DNA of 63,010 nt, filler included, from Reticulomyxa filosa (GCA_000512085.1; 22 parts of 22 records of this genome joined end to end with filler, not necessarily neighbours in it), one strand, 5' to 3'; counted from the first letter of the whole stretch, positions 23,823 through 38,237 are shown. Notes: generated from the letters alone by a model not told the origin. Made by a program: numbers and translations.

Positions 23823-24322
23823 ACACTTTGATATTTCAAAGGCAGTTCCTTGCAGAAGTATGGTCGCACGCATAAAATAAAATGAATATAACAACCCTTC
23901 CGTAAATATTCGAAAGTATACTACGTACAATGCATGAACACATGCTTTCCCAACACTTTTTGCCATTGCGTAAACTAAATGTTCCCAAGCGTTTCCAACG
24001 CATAATAAAAAACCTCCAACAATGTATAAAGTCACTATCCACTTGATCCTTGCGTCAATTGCTGCGTGTCGTCGCTTTGCACTCTTTTCTGAAGTGGCAG
24101 ATGTACTTACACTCACTTCCGCTGCTTTGTCATTCCTTTGTGTTGACAGTTGAATTTCCTTTGCTATCTCACTACCTACTCTTTCTTTTGTCACTGCCCA
24201 AAAGTTACGCCAAACTAAATACACCAACCAAAGGCAATATAGGCCGCAGAAGAAACTGATTATAAGACCGACAAGTAAACCAAGTGTGGAATGAAAACCC
24301 GCTTTTTGAGCGTTGAAGTACA
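23823..24322 (-). CDS. GPCR-like multi-pass membrane protein, N-terminal part
   Basis: Three TM segments ending FYFMRATILLQGTAFEISK, similar to ILRLEVAFKKSAFAYP in the gene at 49730-50694. Confidence 0.55.
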
Positions 24323-24589
24323 TCTTATTTGAAATTTTAAGGAAAGGGAAATGTTGCAAATGACCTAAAGGTTTTTCAAAAAGCGGAGCGAGTGTGACAT
24401 TTTTTTAAAGATATTTGAATGCTATACAAACTGAAATGCATTGCCTTACTATCTTTTTACTTTTTTTATTATTTCATAACCAAATCTTCAATAGACCACA
24501 AAAAAAAACACTGCTCTAAAAAAAAAAAAGGATTAAAAAAAATTGAATGTTTGAAAAAAGCAAACAATAAAATAAATCAAAAATATAAT

Positions 24590-25206
24590 GAATCCAATCT
24601 GAATTGGGCCATCTCCATGTCATATTGTTGCGTCCCAAGCACGATGCAATAGTGGTACCATCTGGTGAAATATCCACTCCTGATATATATAGAATGTCTT
24701 TCCAATTTTGTAATTCTTTTTGAGTTTTTATATCCCACAAACGAACTGTTTTATCTTCTGAACAAGATACAATGATTTGACCATCTGGAAAATAAGCTAC
24801 ACCAGTTACAGATGCTGAATATCCCCTTAAACTTTTAAATTCTTACATGTAATATTCCAATTAATTTATTATATGAACAAGATGCAATAAATTGACAATC
24901 AGGTAAAAATTTTGGACATGATGCAAGCACCATTATACATCAATAATTATACTAATTTTTTTACCTGAATTTACTTCCCACATAATAATAGTTCCATCAA
25001 CAGTTGTTGATACAATCATTTGACCATTTGGTGAAAATTGTACACCTAATATAAATGCTGATTCACTCTCCAATTTTAGGATCTCTTTTCCAGATGCAAC
25101 ATCCCATAATCGTAAGTTTTGGCCAATGAACCTGACGCAATAGTTTTACCATCTGGAGAAACATTTACACTAAATATAGAACTTCCATGACCTTTTAATC
25201 TCTTCA
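24590..25206 (-). pseudogene. WD40-repeat pseudogene
   Basis: Fragments such as SPDGKTIASGS, LRLWDVASGKE, IVSCSEDKTVRLWDIKTQKE and VDISPDGTTIASC, with several frameshifts and stops. Confidence 0.8.
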
Positions 25207-25306
25207 NNNNNNNNNNNNNNNNNNNNNNNNNNNNNNNNNNNNNNNNNNNNTTAATTAATTAANNNNNNNNNNNNNNNNNNNNNNNNNNNNNNNNNNNNNN
25301 NNNNNN

Positions 25307-26191
25307 ATTATTATTATCATTATTATTATCATTATCATTATCTTTGTCATTATCTTTGTCTTTGAGTGGTTCATTGTGACTTTGAAACAAATAACGTGGA
25401 GAGTTTAAAATAATCCCAGTCACCTGTTTGGGTGTTACGTCGGTAATAAAAATAACTTTTCGATGAAAAATGGGTTGTCTCAAACAAGACAGTGGATGTG
25501 TACATAGTATCATACCACGTTGCATTTTCAACGGCGGTGTGAATACTATTCCACACGGAGATGTCTTGTCTTTGTCTTGGCAACCAACAATTTCCAGTGA
25601 TTTCAAATCCGACATGATAGAGATCCAATGTTGTTCATGTGTCTCATCCAAACACAACACTTTGGTCCATTTCCCATTGCTCATACATTCGCTCGTCGAC
25701 GTGTAGTCCTTACGGATTCCTCCTCCATACTTTGCCAACACCGGATTGTATTCCGGTAGCAATGTCATCAGATTGTGGCTATTCGCCAGTCTTTTCAATG
25801 CTCGAAATCCTATTTCCAATGGGTTCACCGCCTCTTTGCTGCTGTCTTTGTTATTTGCTGTCTTGTGATTCGGCTCCATCGACTTCGGAATCCCATACTT
25901 AAAGTACGTACGGATTGTGTTGGTTATCGAACGATGACACTCTTTTATGTTTCCTGGTGGCGTGGGACGGTACATTTCTCCCGCGTTGAAGTCTTGAATC
26001 AACTTCTCCACCACAGATATATAGGGTGTCTCGTCGTCAACTTGCAACAGCCGGCGCTCTTCCAAGTCAAACAATTGCAACGGCTTCCCAAGCAAGAAAC
26101 AACGATGAATTGGAGAAGCATCAAGTCTTCGACTATAACGAAGCAAACTTCGGTACAAGCCACGCCATAATTTATTGGGAATGGCGGACAT
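25307..26191 (-). CDS. Protein with N-terminal LYR-like motif and DUF179/AlgH-like domain; 3' truncated
   Basis: MSAIPNKLWRGLYRSLLRYSRRL...IRTYFK is LYR-like. GMILCTHPLSCLRQPIFHRKVIFIT...VTGIILN resembles the AlgH/YqgE pattern G.LLIA.P...F.RSVV...G.ILN. Confidence 0.6.
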
Positions 26192-28633
26192 GGGCTCTTT
26201 GAACTTTTTTCCTCTGGACCGAACACAAACTGCGCCTGCTTTATCAGTAAAGTATTTTTCGAATATACGGTTGCTCACATTGTGAAAATTTTTTTGATTT
26301 TCACTTTGTCACCGTCTTAAAAATGATTTCATTGATAAATTACCTCATTTCAAGGAGATTCAAGTAACAAATCCTTTGTTTTTTTTTGCACTCAAAGTAT
26401 CACCGGCGAAAAAAGACATGTGTATAGCATTGTCGCAATCAAAGTTGCGTCGATTACTGTGAAGATTGTTTCATCCTTGTCAGTCCTCAGAAACTGGTAA
26501 TTAATTCAAGGTCATACTTACCTGCAAAGTTCTTAGCCAGCAGTTGAAGTGTCCAGTTTCTTCGAGCAATTCAAATATAACCAAAACAAATAAGCTTTGT
26601 TGTTTCATCTTCTAGTTTTTCCAACTAATTTTGTGCTTCAACAGCAAATATCTTAGAAATGTTGTTATTTTAAAGAAACCAAATATTTTTTAAGATTAGT
26701 CGTAATGTTCTAGATGTTTGTTTGAAAACACAGCCCTCATTTTATTGAAACGGTGTGCTTTTTTCAAAGGAAGTGTGAAAGCGTCTGACCATCATCAAGA
26801 TTCAGCACGGTCAACATGCCTAGCTGCATGTTCTCATCCATATAACTTTTTTTGCTCACGTTATCTTTCCAACGGTTTCAATATTTAAAATCAAAATTAT
26901 TCAGTAGTGTAGAAGTAATATATGACAGGTGCACGCTTTAGTTTTTATTTACTTTGAGAAGTGGTTTATATTTCATGTTCAATATATATCATAGTTTGCT
27001 CACCACACTTTGTTTTGCGATGCACACATTGTCTTCATTTTTACTGGAGATTTCATGCTACACAAAACCCCAATTGTATTAACATAAGCGATATGTTAAC
27101 ATATCGATTGCAAATAAAAAATAATCAAAGTTGGATAATTGAGATCGGTGTTGAAGACAGCTGCGAACGTGATGAAAGACTACATTTTGTGTGATTTTGT
27201 TATATTTTGATATGATGTGCACGCTTGCACGGTATTGTTTGATATTGCAGCAGGACCGTATTACTGACATTTTTCTTTGTGCAAGATGTGGTATGAATGT
27301 GCAATGTGAAACCATGTTGACGCATGGCTTGTAATACAATTCTCTTCATTGAAGGGATTTGTGAGCTCTAATTCCTTTTCTTCAACTTACCTGGTCGAGA
27401 GTGGAGGCGATCAATTACACCATCTGCTCGGAGCAAAGAACAATCAAGGCCAAAATGCACTCAATGAAATTGTGCTTGATACTTTTCTCCTTACTGTTAG
27501 TATTTGTGACTACAGTATTCGACTCAATATTTGGTTGTAAGGAGGGACCTTGCGTTCTCGCGAGGTTCTTCCCCCTAATTTTACAATTTTTTGATGTGAA
27601 GAGCATTTTGAATTAAAAAAGGGACAAAATTCTTGCTGAATATTAAAACAAAGAATAATTCAGTTTTTTTTGTGACTTACCCTAATTTTGTGGTCTTTGT
27701 CACTTAATTTGAATGCTTTTGACTGTGTCATAATCACAATTTGTTTGCTCAAATTGAATGAGAAAAAAAAACTAACCTGAAAAAAAATTTGAAGCAGAGC
27801 CGTTCAGCATATTTATGACACAAAAAAAAGTTAGCCATCTTTTAACAAACTAACAAAGGACATTGCATACTTTCTTAATGTTTGTCAAGTTCGCAACTCC
27901 AGCAATCCAAAAGTGTGATTCTTTCAATGCTGTGGCCATATTATATTCGTATTTCAACTTTTAATATTCAATAAATTGCATGACTTTAGTCAATTGCAGT
28001 ATCGCCCAACCAGTTCAATATTTGTGAAAAGCGTGCTGCGTTGCTCGCCGTAGACCTTGGCTGCGTTAACGCTTGGAAGGAATAGTCGTCCAGACTGATT
28101 TTCCAAGATAATATACAACATGACCTAATTGCATTCATATAATCGCAATTCATCATTCAACATTAACTTTAGACTAACAAGGGCGCAAAACACTGAACTT
28201 CTATTCCAAAAAGACTAGTGGGCGTCAAACTTGTGGTCCACAGAAGGTTTTCTTTTTTGCGATTGCCAACTCCAGAATTTAGTACGGCTATAAAAAAAAT
28301 AAAAGTCTGAACTATTATAATTGACATGATTTAACGTCCTCTTTAAACTAACATGAGATGAATAAAAATATCCGTGGAAGAGAACAGTGAATGAAAAATA
28401 ATGTTGTACACCTGCACAGACAAATAAAATTTGGATTGTGTCATTCCATATTTAGTTAAAAAATGCACAAATAGCTAAAATTTAAAATAATAATCGACAA
28501 AACTGGTTCAATTCGTGAGTTTTATAGTAGAACAAACAGTACCCATTGTTATGTTTTCACTTACAAATTTATGTAACATTACAATCGAAGTGGCCACATA
28601 AAACCTCACCTGCTAAGATTATGCTTTGTTTTG

Positions 28634-29666
28634 TCAAAACAAGGTAATAAATGCTACAACAACGACAGTGAAATAAATGCCAAAGGAATCAAGCAGACGA
28701 AAAGCCGATTTGGCACTATCTTGAAAGCCCTGAGTGCTGAATGTCATTGATGCCAATCCACGAGTATCGCCGTGGTATTCGAAAGTTTCGCTTTGACCTT
28801 TGCTCCAAATCATTGGGATTTCAAAGCTGGATGGGCTTTCTGTGTTTACAATCTTTTGCCAGTCAAAGTTGGTATTTTCGTAGGACGTTGTAATAGTCAC
28901 TACTTTGTGTCCATCAGAAGTGGTGACGGAGCTGTTCCAAAATGAGCTTGGCAATGTTTCTCCTTGTTCATGATTCCCCAGCCGATGTTCCTTTTTTTGT
29001 TTGTTTGTTTTTTATTGATTGGAATAGATGTCGCTTTTTTTTTTTTTGCACATTAACTTCGAGACCGTCTACCAGGACCACGATCGCATACGTACCGTTC
29101 ATTGCACTCCCATCGAACCCAATCCCAAACCACGTGTTATCGTCCTTTCCGTATAAGACCAGTTTCACAAAGCCGCCAGTAACGGACACGGTTACATACG
29201 CCTTTTGTCCAAAGGTCGAGCTGAGCAGGGCGTATCCGTAATACGTTACTTCCTTGACTGGTGCACTACAATGAACATACGCACACATGGTTCAATATTT
29301 TGCTTGCGAACATACGAAATAAGCCAAAACACATAAACACAAAAAAAACAGTCGGTATGCAGACGTGCGTGTCATGACGTGGAGACACACCTGGTCGGGG
29401 ACAGGTAGTCGGCGGAGTGGGCGCTTTCGAAGGGAAAAGCGAGGGCTGTTTAGTGGGGACCGGAGCGCTTCGTTGATCAACAGTTCACAAGAGTGAATAC
29501 GAGTCAATCCAAACAGAATCGTTTCAAAAAAAAAGAACCAAAAAAAAACCTGGTTGGGATAGGTTGAGTTGGACTTGCAGTCGGTCTCCTTGTCGGTGAT
29601 CTAGTGGGCGACCTTTTTTTTTTTTTTTTTTTTTGTTATCCGTTTATAAGTATGCACCGCCGCTTC

Positions 29667-29697
<31 letters not shown>

Positions 29698-30236
29698 CAA
29701 AACCAAAACAAAACAAAAAACTGCAGAGAAATCTGCACTCCATTGTGGTGATTAGAATCGCCATGAAAAGCCAATGTCGTCGCTCCTGACGAATCGCCAC
29801 GTGCACAAATCAAATTAATACTGGTGGCGCTGGTCGGAAATGTATAGTAATTGCTGGAGGGGCCTTGGACACTGCGTGACAGTTTAACGGTGCGAAAGCC
29901 ATTGCCATTATTCACATTGCTCAACACCGTAACTGACGACTGCAGTGTGGTTCCTTGCTCGTGGTTTCCTAACTTCCTTTCCGTGATTACTCCAGTACTT
30001 CCTGTAGACGTGATTGCATACGTGCCTGACATTTGGTTCGCACCAAATCCAATTCCAAACCATCGATCTGTTGGACCCTGCATTTCAATCAAAACGTTAT
30101 CCGCTGTTGAATTTTTTACTATTGTCAAGTCCAACGTAATGTTCCACGCCGGGTTCACAGCCTTATAGCCATGTAATACAATACTTGAGGAGGGATTGGC
30201 CAAAAAAAGCGCAATAACAAAAATTGATTGCAACAT
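28634..30236 (-). CDS. Secreted, probably GPI-anchored protein with two DOMON domains and a Pro/Thr-rich linker
   Basis: Signal peptide MLQSIFVIALFLANPSSS. DOMON1: WFGIGFGANQMSGTYA...ERKLGNHEQGTTL...LAFHG. Linker exons SPTRSPTRRPTASPTQPIPT and APVPTKQPSLFPSKAPTPPT. DOMON2: WFGIGFDGSAMNGTYA...EHRLGNHEQGETL...FEYHG. Hydrophobic C-terminal tail. Confidence 0.8.
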
Positions 30237-31453
30237 ACTGTCTTTTTTTGCTGGTCTACTCTCTGAATACCAAGCGCAAGGATAAAAAAGGGGTACTCGG
30301 TTAAACAGTAGCGCAGTGAAGACACTCGCAAGTGTTCATCTGTGAAGGATATAATATCATTCATTCAAGGTACACTGTTTCTTAGCTCGTAATATTTGGC
30401 TCGCCTTTGCCTAAATAAATCAAATATCTGTATTACACTTAAACTTCTGGCTTTGTTCGTTTTATTTCCAAACTCCAGAAAGACAATAAATTAAATAAAG
30501 GTGCAAAAGAGATGTTAGAAAGTTTGTTGAAAAGTAAAGAAGAATTTTGTTATCATTGAAATGTTATTCAACAATGACACACTCTACAACGATAAGTGTA
30601 TGCTTTGTCTATCAAGTATCTTTGCTATTTAGTAAAAGTATTTAGAAATTGTTATATTGCATGTTGTAAATAGAGGAGTGCACAACTATTCTGTCATTAA
30701 AAAAACCATATTAATCACATAAAGTACGATCCGATACATAGATGCAATATTGCTTTTAATTAACTGACAACACCACCATGCTTCTAAGTTACAATAGGAT
30801 TGCCTAACAGCTTCACTAGATGCTTATGAAAAGATGTAGTACATTTTTTGTAGAAATGTTTGTTATATTAAAAATTTAAAAATAACAATGTTTCTATTAT
30901 TCAAGACGAAAAATGGTTTCTGAAAGTTATGTTCCAATCCTTGGCCTGGAAAATTTCTCTTTTCTTTGAAAAAAGAGTGATGAATATTTAATGTTTCATT
31001 ATTATCAGATCCGTAAGCACACGTGTGATACCATTTTTGTCACGATTTGAGGTCAAATAAATGAGGTTTTTAGATTCTAGTTCAAGCAAGAGATAAATAG
31101 TTACGTGTTACAAGAAATTGTACATATATTATTGCAACGAACAAAACATTTTCAGAAATAAGGCTATTTCAAACTAATTTGTTTTTAAGGCTTAAATTTG
31201 GAAACCTTTTATTTTTTTTATTTTAAACCTATTGTGTCGTTTTCCTCAGTCACACGACTCGCGTTATGCCACAAAAAGTAAAAAAATATTAGAGTGAAGT
31301 TTACAAGCGGCAAAAAGCTACTGAATACTTTAAGGTGTACAACAAGGTTTTTCGAAAATTGTCAATCCAAGAGCAAACATTCCAAATTAACTGCTATTTG
31401 TAAATTGAATCCTCATTCCCAAGTGCTATTTGCTGATCTCGAGCAATCAATCA

Positions 31454-32680
31454 ATGTCTGATCCAGCCAATCCCTTTGCGTCTCAAGTGAGTCGTACGTT
31501 TCTCTTTACTTTCTTTTTCGTTGAATGAAACGACATTATTTACAAACAATCAGGGCGGATATGATTCTCTTTGGCAACAGTTAAGAGATTGTGTGGAAAA
31601 TTCAATTAAATTACACGATAGTGTTTGTGGTGTGTAGAGATAGTGCATCAGGATCGAACGCAAACCCGAACACAATAAAGGCAGGAAATGGAAACGTTTA
31701 CAGTGACAACAATAATATTGCGAATGTAGCAGTGGTAAACAACTTGGCCGTGAGAGAGTCACAAGTGGCAAAAAAAGAAAAGGAGCTGTTAGAAAGAAAG
31801 CAGCGATTGGAAAAACTGTATGTTAATTATGTCTTGTTTTGAAATAAGAAAAAAAAGCATATATGTTTTAACAGTGAAAAAGAAGTGAATTCGGCCGATG
31901 TTCCGAATGACAACTGGCCTTGTGTGAGATATCCTGTTACCTATCATTCCATCACGCAAGAGATACCCGCTTTTGCGAGGTGTGTTGTCTATGCCCAGCC
32001 ATATATCCTTCAAAAATGTTTGATACTATAGACCTCATATGCGCCGGATGTATGCATTAGTTTTGGCAACATTTGTGGGACTGCTTTGGAATTTTGTTAC
32101 TGATTTGTGTTGAGTACTGATGAATACACTTGTATACATTTGTGCTTTTTGTTTGTTTGGAAAGCAATCTGTTGTTTGTTTACGTACGATCTCAGCAATG
32201 TATTTGATCGGGACGGTTGGGTCAACCAGTGTGTTGATGGCAACCATTTACTTTTGCACTGGAACACTTGGGGCCTGGAAATTGTGGTACCGCCAAATCT
32301 ACTATGCCTTCAGAGACAACAAAACAATAAAATGGTGGTTATTTTTTCTCTTTTTTGTCTCACATTGCCTCTTTGCTGCTTTAGTTATGTTGACCCCAGG
32401 ATATTTTCCAAGTGGCGCAGCGGGAATGTGGACTATTACTGATGCGATGCAAGACCGGTAATTCTTTCTTACTCTTTTTTTCTCACACCCTCCAACACAA
32501 GTCAATTTGTTTCATAGTGCCATTGTGGGAGTATTTGTGTTGGTCAACTCGGTATTTTGGCTATTGTTAGACGTCGGGAGCTGGTTTTACTTGATACAAT
32601 CATGGAGGTTGTATCGCTCTAGGTCCAATACCAACGACCCAGCCCAGTCTCAACTAATTGCCCAAGCACTTGAAGCTTAA
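31454..32680 (+). CDS. SCAMP: Secretory carrier-associated membrane protein (SCAMP), complete, multi-exon
   Basis: MSDPANPFASQ (NPF motif), coiled coil KKEKELLERKQRLEKL, NDNWP...YHSITQEIP, E-peptide WKLWYRQIYYAFR, four TM segments, stop at 32678-32680. Confidence 0.92.
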
Positions 32681-34807
32681 GCTGATTTCATTGTTTTTGT
32701 TTGTTTGGTGGTTTTGTTTGTTCGTGCGGTTGAGTTTTGTCGATTCAACCTAATCCCGAACAGCAACGACAACTGTTCAAGTTTCTCAATTAATTACAAA
32801 CACCCTTTTTTTATCTTCTCACTAATTATCTGCAGTTACAGCTTCAACACAAGAGTTGTATTTTTTTTATATTCAGTTCCTCTCTCGTTTCTTTCAACTT
32901 TGGTTTTGTTTACATTAATTGTAAATATCGACTGACTACTTTTGTAGTCCCATTTCTCTTTTCAAAAAACTCCATTAATTAATTTGATGTGGAATTTTAG
33001 AAGATTTTCTCATTTTCTTTGTAATGAGATTAATGACTAGTCACAAAATAAGAACAACGTATACACTAAAACAAATATTTTAATTAAAGTTTACAGAAAA
33101 ATTATTATTCAAGTAGTATTTGCAATATTATATTATCGATATAAAGTAAAAAAAATGGTAAACTTATCATAATCAAATAGAGATCACATAAGTAAAGAAT
33201 TAATTAACTAAATGTCAAAATATCAAAATGGTAGTGTATTTTATGAAAAGGCATAATCTAAATAATTCAAATTATGTACGATCATTCAACAAACAAGAAA
33301 AGAAAATAGTTGAAAATAAAGAAAACAAAAGAATATAAATTACAAAGAAATTGTGTCGAAAACAAGAACATATCAACGAAAATGAACAAAAACATAGAAA
33401 TAATGAAAACTCGCATGATGAAGTTACAAAATAGAGTCAAGAAATTGTTCATTAGACAAACAAACATGTAGTTTATAATCAACGGTTAGTTATTTTCAAG
33501 ATAATATCAATGACTATTATTCTAAAATATCATGTAGTTCAACTACGTAAGGAATCTTTCACAAAAAAATAAACTATTTACAAGTACAGAATTTATATAT
33601 CAATTCAGGTAGAAACAAGCGTATCAGTTACATTATGTCGCTGATGTATGATAAATAATATCAAATCATTTCAAAGCAATACAAGTTTCAATTTTCTGTT
33701 TTTTGATCATGGACAAGACTAGCTGGCAGGTTGAATGGATTACAAATGATCTGAATGAAAATATAATTCGTAGTTATACGTACTTCAATTAATGCACCAA
33801 CTTGCGATTGATTCTGAACATAAGATTATAACCAAACGTATAATTGAGGAAGTTATTTTGTGATGAAGTCCAAAATTGACAGCACTAATTTTATTTATTG
33901 TTTCGTACAGGCAGCGGATTGTGTGCGCTCCAATACTATAAATGACAATGTGTTAAGTGATATTTCTAATTAAAACATGCAATTGCTGGATCAATTTAAT
34001 ATTGCTATTTTGAATGATATCTGACTATTGTCTTTTGCAAGTTCGATAGAAGCTTTAGAACATTGAATTTCTTTCTACTGGACAGACTAGAATCACAGTG
34101 ATTGGGCATAGTCTTGTATTTTTTTAGATGAGAAAATGTTGTATTTAGATTCAAGAGATAGAACACAGTAATAAAAAAAAAATACAAAACAACAAAAAGA
34201 TACATTAAATCTTACAACGACCAAAAAGGCATATGCAAAATAATCAAAAAAAAAACAGTAAATTTAGTTGAATTTAAATTGAGATTTACTTGAAGAAACT
34301 TGATAATTATTCTAATACTTCTCTTGGTATCGACCACGAACTTGGCTGCTTTCAAAACTTTGATCATGATATCTGGTTTAGCAAGAATGAGATCTTATAC
34401 AAGTTAAAATGAGCACATCGTTCCAAAAGGAGCAAAGTACTATAATAAAAAGAAATTCAAAAATCAACAACATATCAAAAACTCACACAAAATCAACAAC
34501 AAGTAAAAAAAATTTTAAGTTTTAATTTAATCTTTAAAATATAAAAAAAACAAATAAAATCTCAAATGTTGTACGGCGAGATCAATCAACGGTTATGAAA
34601 ACAAATTTGGCTCTTCAATACGGAAGGCCAGGGTGAATTACATGAGCAATGATAATGCTCAATCGAATCCTCTGAGCATTGTTTTCGAAGTGTTGAAGTC
34701 TCAGTGANNNNNNNNNNNNNNNNNNNNNNNNNNNNNNNNNNNNNNNNNNNNTTAATTAATTAANNNNNNNNNNNNNNNNNNNNNNNNNNNNNNNNNNNNN
34801 NNNNNNN

Positions 34808-35305
34808 AATAATAAAGAAAATAAAAGTTAACTCGTCGTCGTCTTCTTGTGACGAATCTTCCTCTTGGTTGGACATTTGAGAGGAACGAATAACCGAAGA
34901 GTTGACTGTTGAGACAGATGTACGGATGCCAAGCAACAAATCATAAGTAAGTTCAAATTCTGGGTGTTGCTTTCCGATTTGTTTCAATTCTTTTTTTTTG
35001 CGTTTGGCCTCTTTCAATTTATTACGATTCGTTGAACTATTTTCTGTGTCTAATTGAGGACTATCATCGTCACTTGTCGTTCCACTTCCTCCTTTTCTTC
35101 CTCCTCCTCCTACATTCGATCTCCCATTTTGATCGTTTGTGCCATAATTCCCTTGGTGTGGCACTCCCAAACTGCTTGGGTCGCCGCGCTTACTCCGCCC
35201 GGATCCTGTCTGAGCATTCTCCACAGAAAGTCCATCCTCGCCGTTTGATCCTGCACCACTATTTTTTGCTCTATCGATACGAATTTTTGGAGAAATTTCA
35301 GACAT
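34808..35305 (-). CDS. Phosphatidylinositol-phosphate kinase (PIP5K family), N-terminal exon
   Basis: A low-complexity N-terminus is followed by IGKQHPEFELTYDLLLGIRTSVS, matching the H..YELM...LGIR.SV start of the PIPK domain. Confidence 0.75.
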
Positions 35306-37687
35306 GTTATAAAAATAATATTATTATAACAATATTTTCCCCTTATTTTTCTAACTCAAAATTTTCAGTACTCATAAATGTTCAAAGACATGTTCCCTCG
35401 CTCTTCTCATAACAATGGATCTCTCGAATGTCTATTAAATTCTCGTATCAGCAATGGTAGCTGTACATCTCGCACCGTAACAACTCTACCAGCGTCTTAT
35501 GAGCAGAGAACACTTGAGATGTATCATTTCAACATATTCAAAAGTAAGATTGATCCACTGACGAGCTCCACATTTGTTAGTGATCAAACATATGTTTTGC
35601 AAAATTTAGAAGGAATGGCATCAAAGTGTTGAAATTTCCACATTTGCCATTGATCAACGTTGAAGTCTTTCATTATAATAATACAGTTTCAACATGTTTC
35701 AAATTCTATTGATGCTTCAATTAATCATATTTTTTTTTGAAATTTTCATCATTGATGTAAAAATCAATTCATTAAGTTTTACCAAAAAAGAAAAAAAGAA
35801 AGTGAACTTTTCAAAAAAAAGTTTAAAACTCTTTTCTTTATTTAGCCACTTTCGCTTTTTGCCTTTTTCTTGCTGCAATTATAGTTGCAAAAACCTGTTA
35901 ATACTTTCTTTTTGTTACATATGGAGCTTGATTCTTTATTGTTTTTTGACAACTCAGTTCACTTTCTACAACAACACTATTAAGGTCACTGAACAACATT
36001 TTCGATTGAATCAATTTGATGATATTGGCAAAGCTGCAAGAATGTTGCTGTTATTCAAATCAGCTTGAACCAGTGAAAATACAAAAAGAAGCAGATTGCT
36101 AATATGTTTTAAAACTGATAACATATATTTAAGTGTTATTAAAGTAAAAAATAAAAAATCAGTACAAATGTGTTTAAGTAATTTAAATTATTCATATTGT
36201 TATGTTGCAAAAATAAAAAGATGTTTAACCTTTTATGCTTTATTTTATAAATGTCTTTTTCATAGTAAAAAAAGGTAAAAGAAATATGACATGTATAAAT
36301 AAAGCCGAAATTGCTTTGAAATCTTTTTTTTCTCGCAATATAAAACTTTATGAAATAACTTGCATTGTTGCATCACATAAACTTTCCTTTATTTTAATAT
36401 CATTCAATAATATTGTACAATCAAATGAAAGTTGGATAAACTAATATCAGCGATTACTTACTGTATATGACAGCGATGTTCTGAGAATATTGCATATTAC
36501 GTGATATTGTAGTGCTTTTATAATATATTGCACCATTATAATGACCAGTCTATTTGTATGACTTGCTAACATAGACTTCCACCGGTGCAATGAATTAATT
36601 GACTTGCAACAGCTATGCATATGAAATGATGATTCGAACCAATCAAAAATCGTATAAATATTTTTTTTAATTAAATTTTTTTAGTTTTATAACATTTATT
36701 CTTTAGCACAATATAAGCAAATTCGAGTTATTAGATTGCTGAAGCAAAGCAAAATTTCAGATTATATCTGCGTTGGCACTGTAAAAGTAATTGTGAATAT
36801 TCAATCAAACAGCAAATAAAAATATAAATAATCAGCATGTTCACTCTGTTGCAGCTTGACAACGACAGTTTTGAACATCGTGAATAAGCGGTTGTCACCA
36901 CATCTTAATGTAATTTCATACTTGTGATACATATTCCTCTTTTTTTTTCTGTAGCGCATATGTACATGCAAATGAGCAGTCATTTTTCTTAGTTAGTTTT
37001 TTTTTGTCTTTTTGTATATGCATTGTGCATCTATCTTTTTAATAAAAAAATTAAACAACTAAACCCACTGCAGCACGAAACAAAAATTGAAAAGAATGCC
37101 GGAAAAGCAAAGAGTAAAAATAATATATTTTTTTCCGGGATTTAATTATGAAGCAGCCAAAATCACAAATGTTATATTATTTGATAAGTCTAATTTCAAC
37201 AACCATTTTTTATTAAATTTAAAAAAAGAATATTTATTGTAGTCATTATGACTCCGTTTCGACTTATTAGACAACTACAATTGCAATAAATAATGTAAGT
37301 ATATCATACACAAAAGAAACTAATACAATGATGAAAACAGTACATACATTGAACAAAAAAGTGAATAATTAGTTCAATAATATCTTATGAAATGTTTTCA
37401 ATACTATTAGCACTTTTGTATTCAGTGATTACAATGCACGCAGAAAAAAATAATGTTGCATCACGCCCAATACAAACGATTTCTGCTTTTGCCGTCTTTC
37501 ATTCTTGGATTCTGAGACAGCGAAGGAAATATCTTTTCAAAGGATGCTGAAATTTGTATTGTCAAGTACGACCGTTTAAGATTTTTTTCGCTTTAAATCC
37601 CCCTCATAATTATTCATCTTCAGGTGTATTTGTCAAATTCGGGGCTTATTTATTTGTATTTTGCAAGAAAACTTCCAATAATCGAAG

Positions 37688-38237
37688 ATGTTGTGGGTTG
37701 ATAAAGTTCTCATATCTTGTATTTTTGTTTGCCACGTTCCGGGTTTCTTAAGGAAGACAAAACAAATGTGATGTCGCACAACAGTACCGTCCGAAGACGT
37801 TGTCACAACTGACGTACCACACAAATTTGTCGGAGATGTTGGCAAAGATGGTGAAATCAGGGAATTTCCCTCACCTATTGTTCTATGGACCCACTGGGGC
37901 AGGAAAAAAGACACGTATATTATCACTATTAGTGGAAGTGTTTGGAAAGGGAGCGTCCCGAGTTAAAAAAAAAAAAAAAGCATTGAATAAAAAATGTTGT
38001 ATACACATAACACAAATAATCAAAAATTTGAATGTGTGTGTTTCCAGATAAAAACAGAAACCAAAACATTTGAAACGTCGACAAAAAAGACAGTGGAAAT
38101 AACAGCACTGGGATCGAACTATCACACGGAAATAAACCCAAGCGATGCCGGCATTTACGATCGTGTAGTCGTTCAAGACTTGATCAAAGAAATTGCTTCT
38201 GCAGCTGTTTTATCCAAAGCGGAGCAAAACTTCAAAG
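37688..38237 (+). CDS. RFC3: Replication factor C 38-kDa subunit (human RFC3/yeast Rfc5), 5' part
   Basis: MLWVDK|YRPKTL...FPHLLFYGPTGAGKKTRI...|...SNYHTEINPSDAGIYDRVVVQDLIKEIA. The GKKT Walker A variant is characteristic of this subunit. Confidence 0.95.

Noticed and set aside
26400-28300. Moderately GC-rich patches and short ORFs in a long intergenic region
   Set aside because: No recognisable motif or consistent exon chain. Possibly decayed sequence.
35340-35700. Possible kinase-like relic upstream of PIP5K
   Set aside because: Manual translation gave no convincing conserved motifs.
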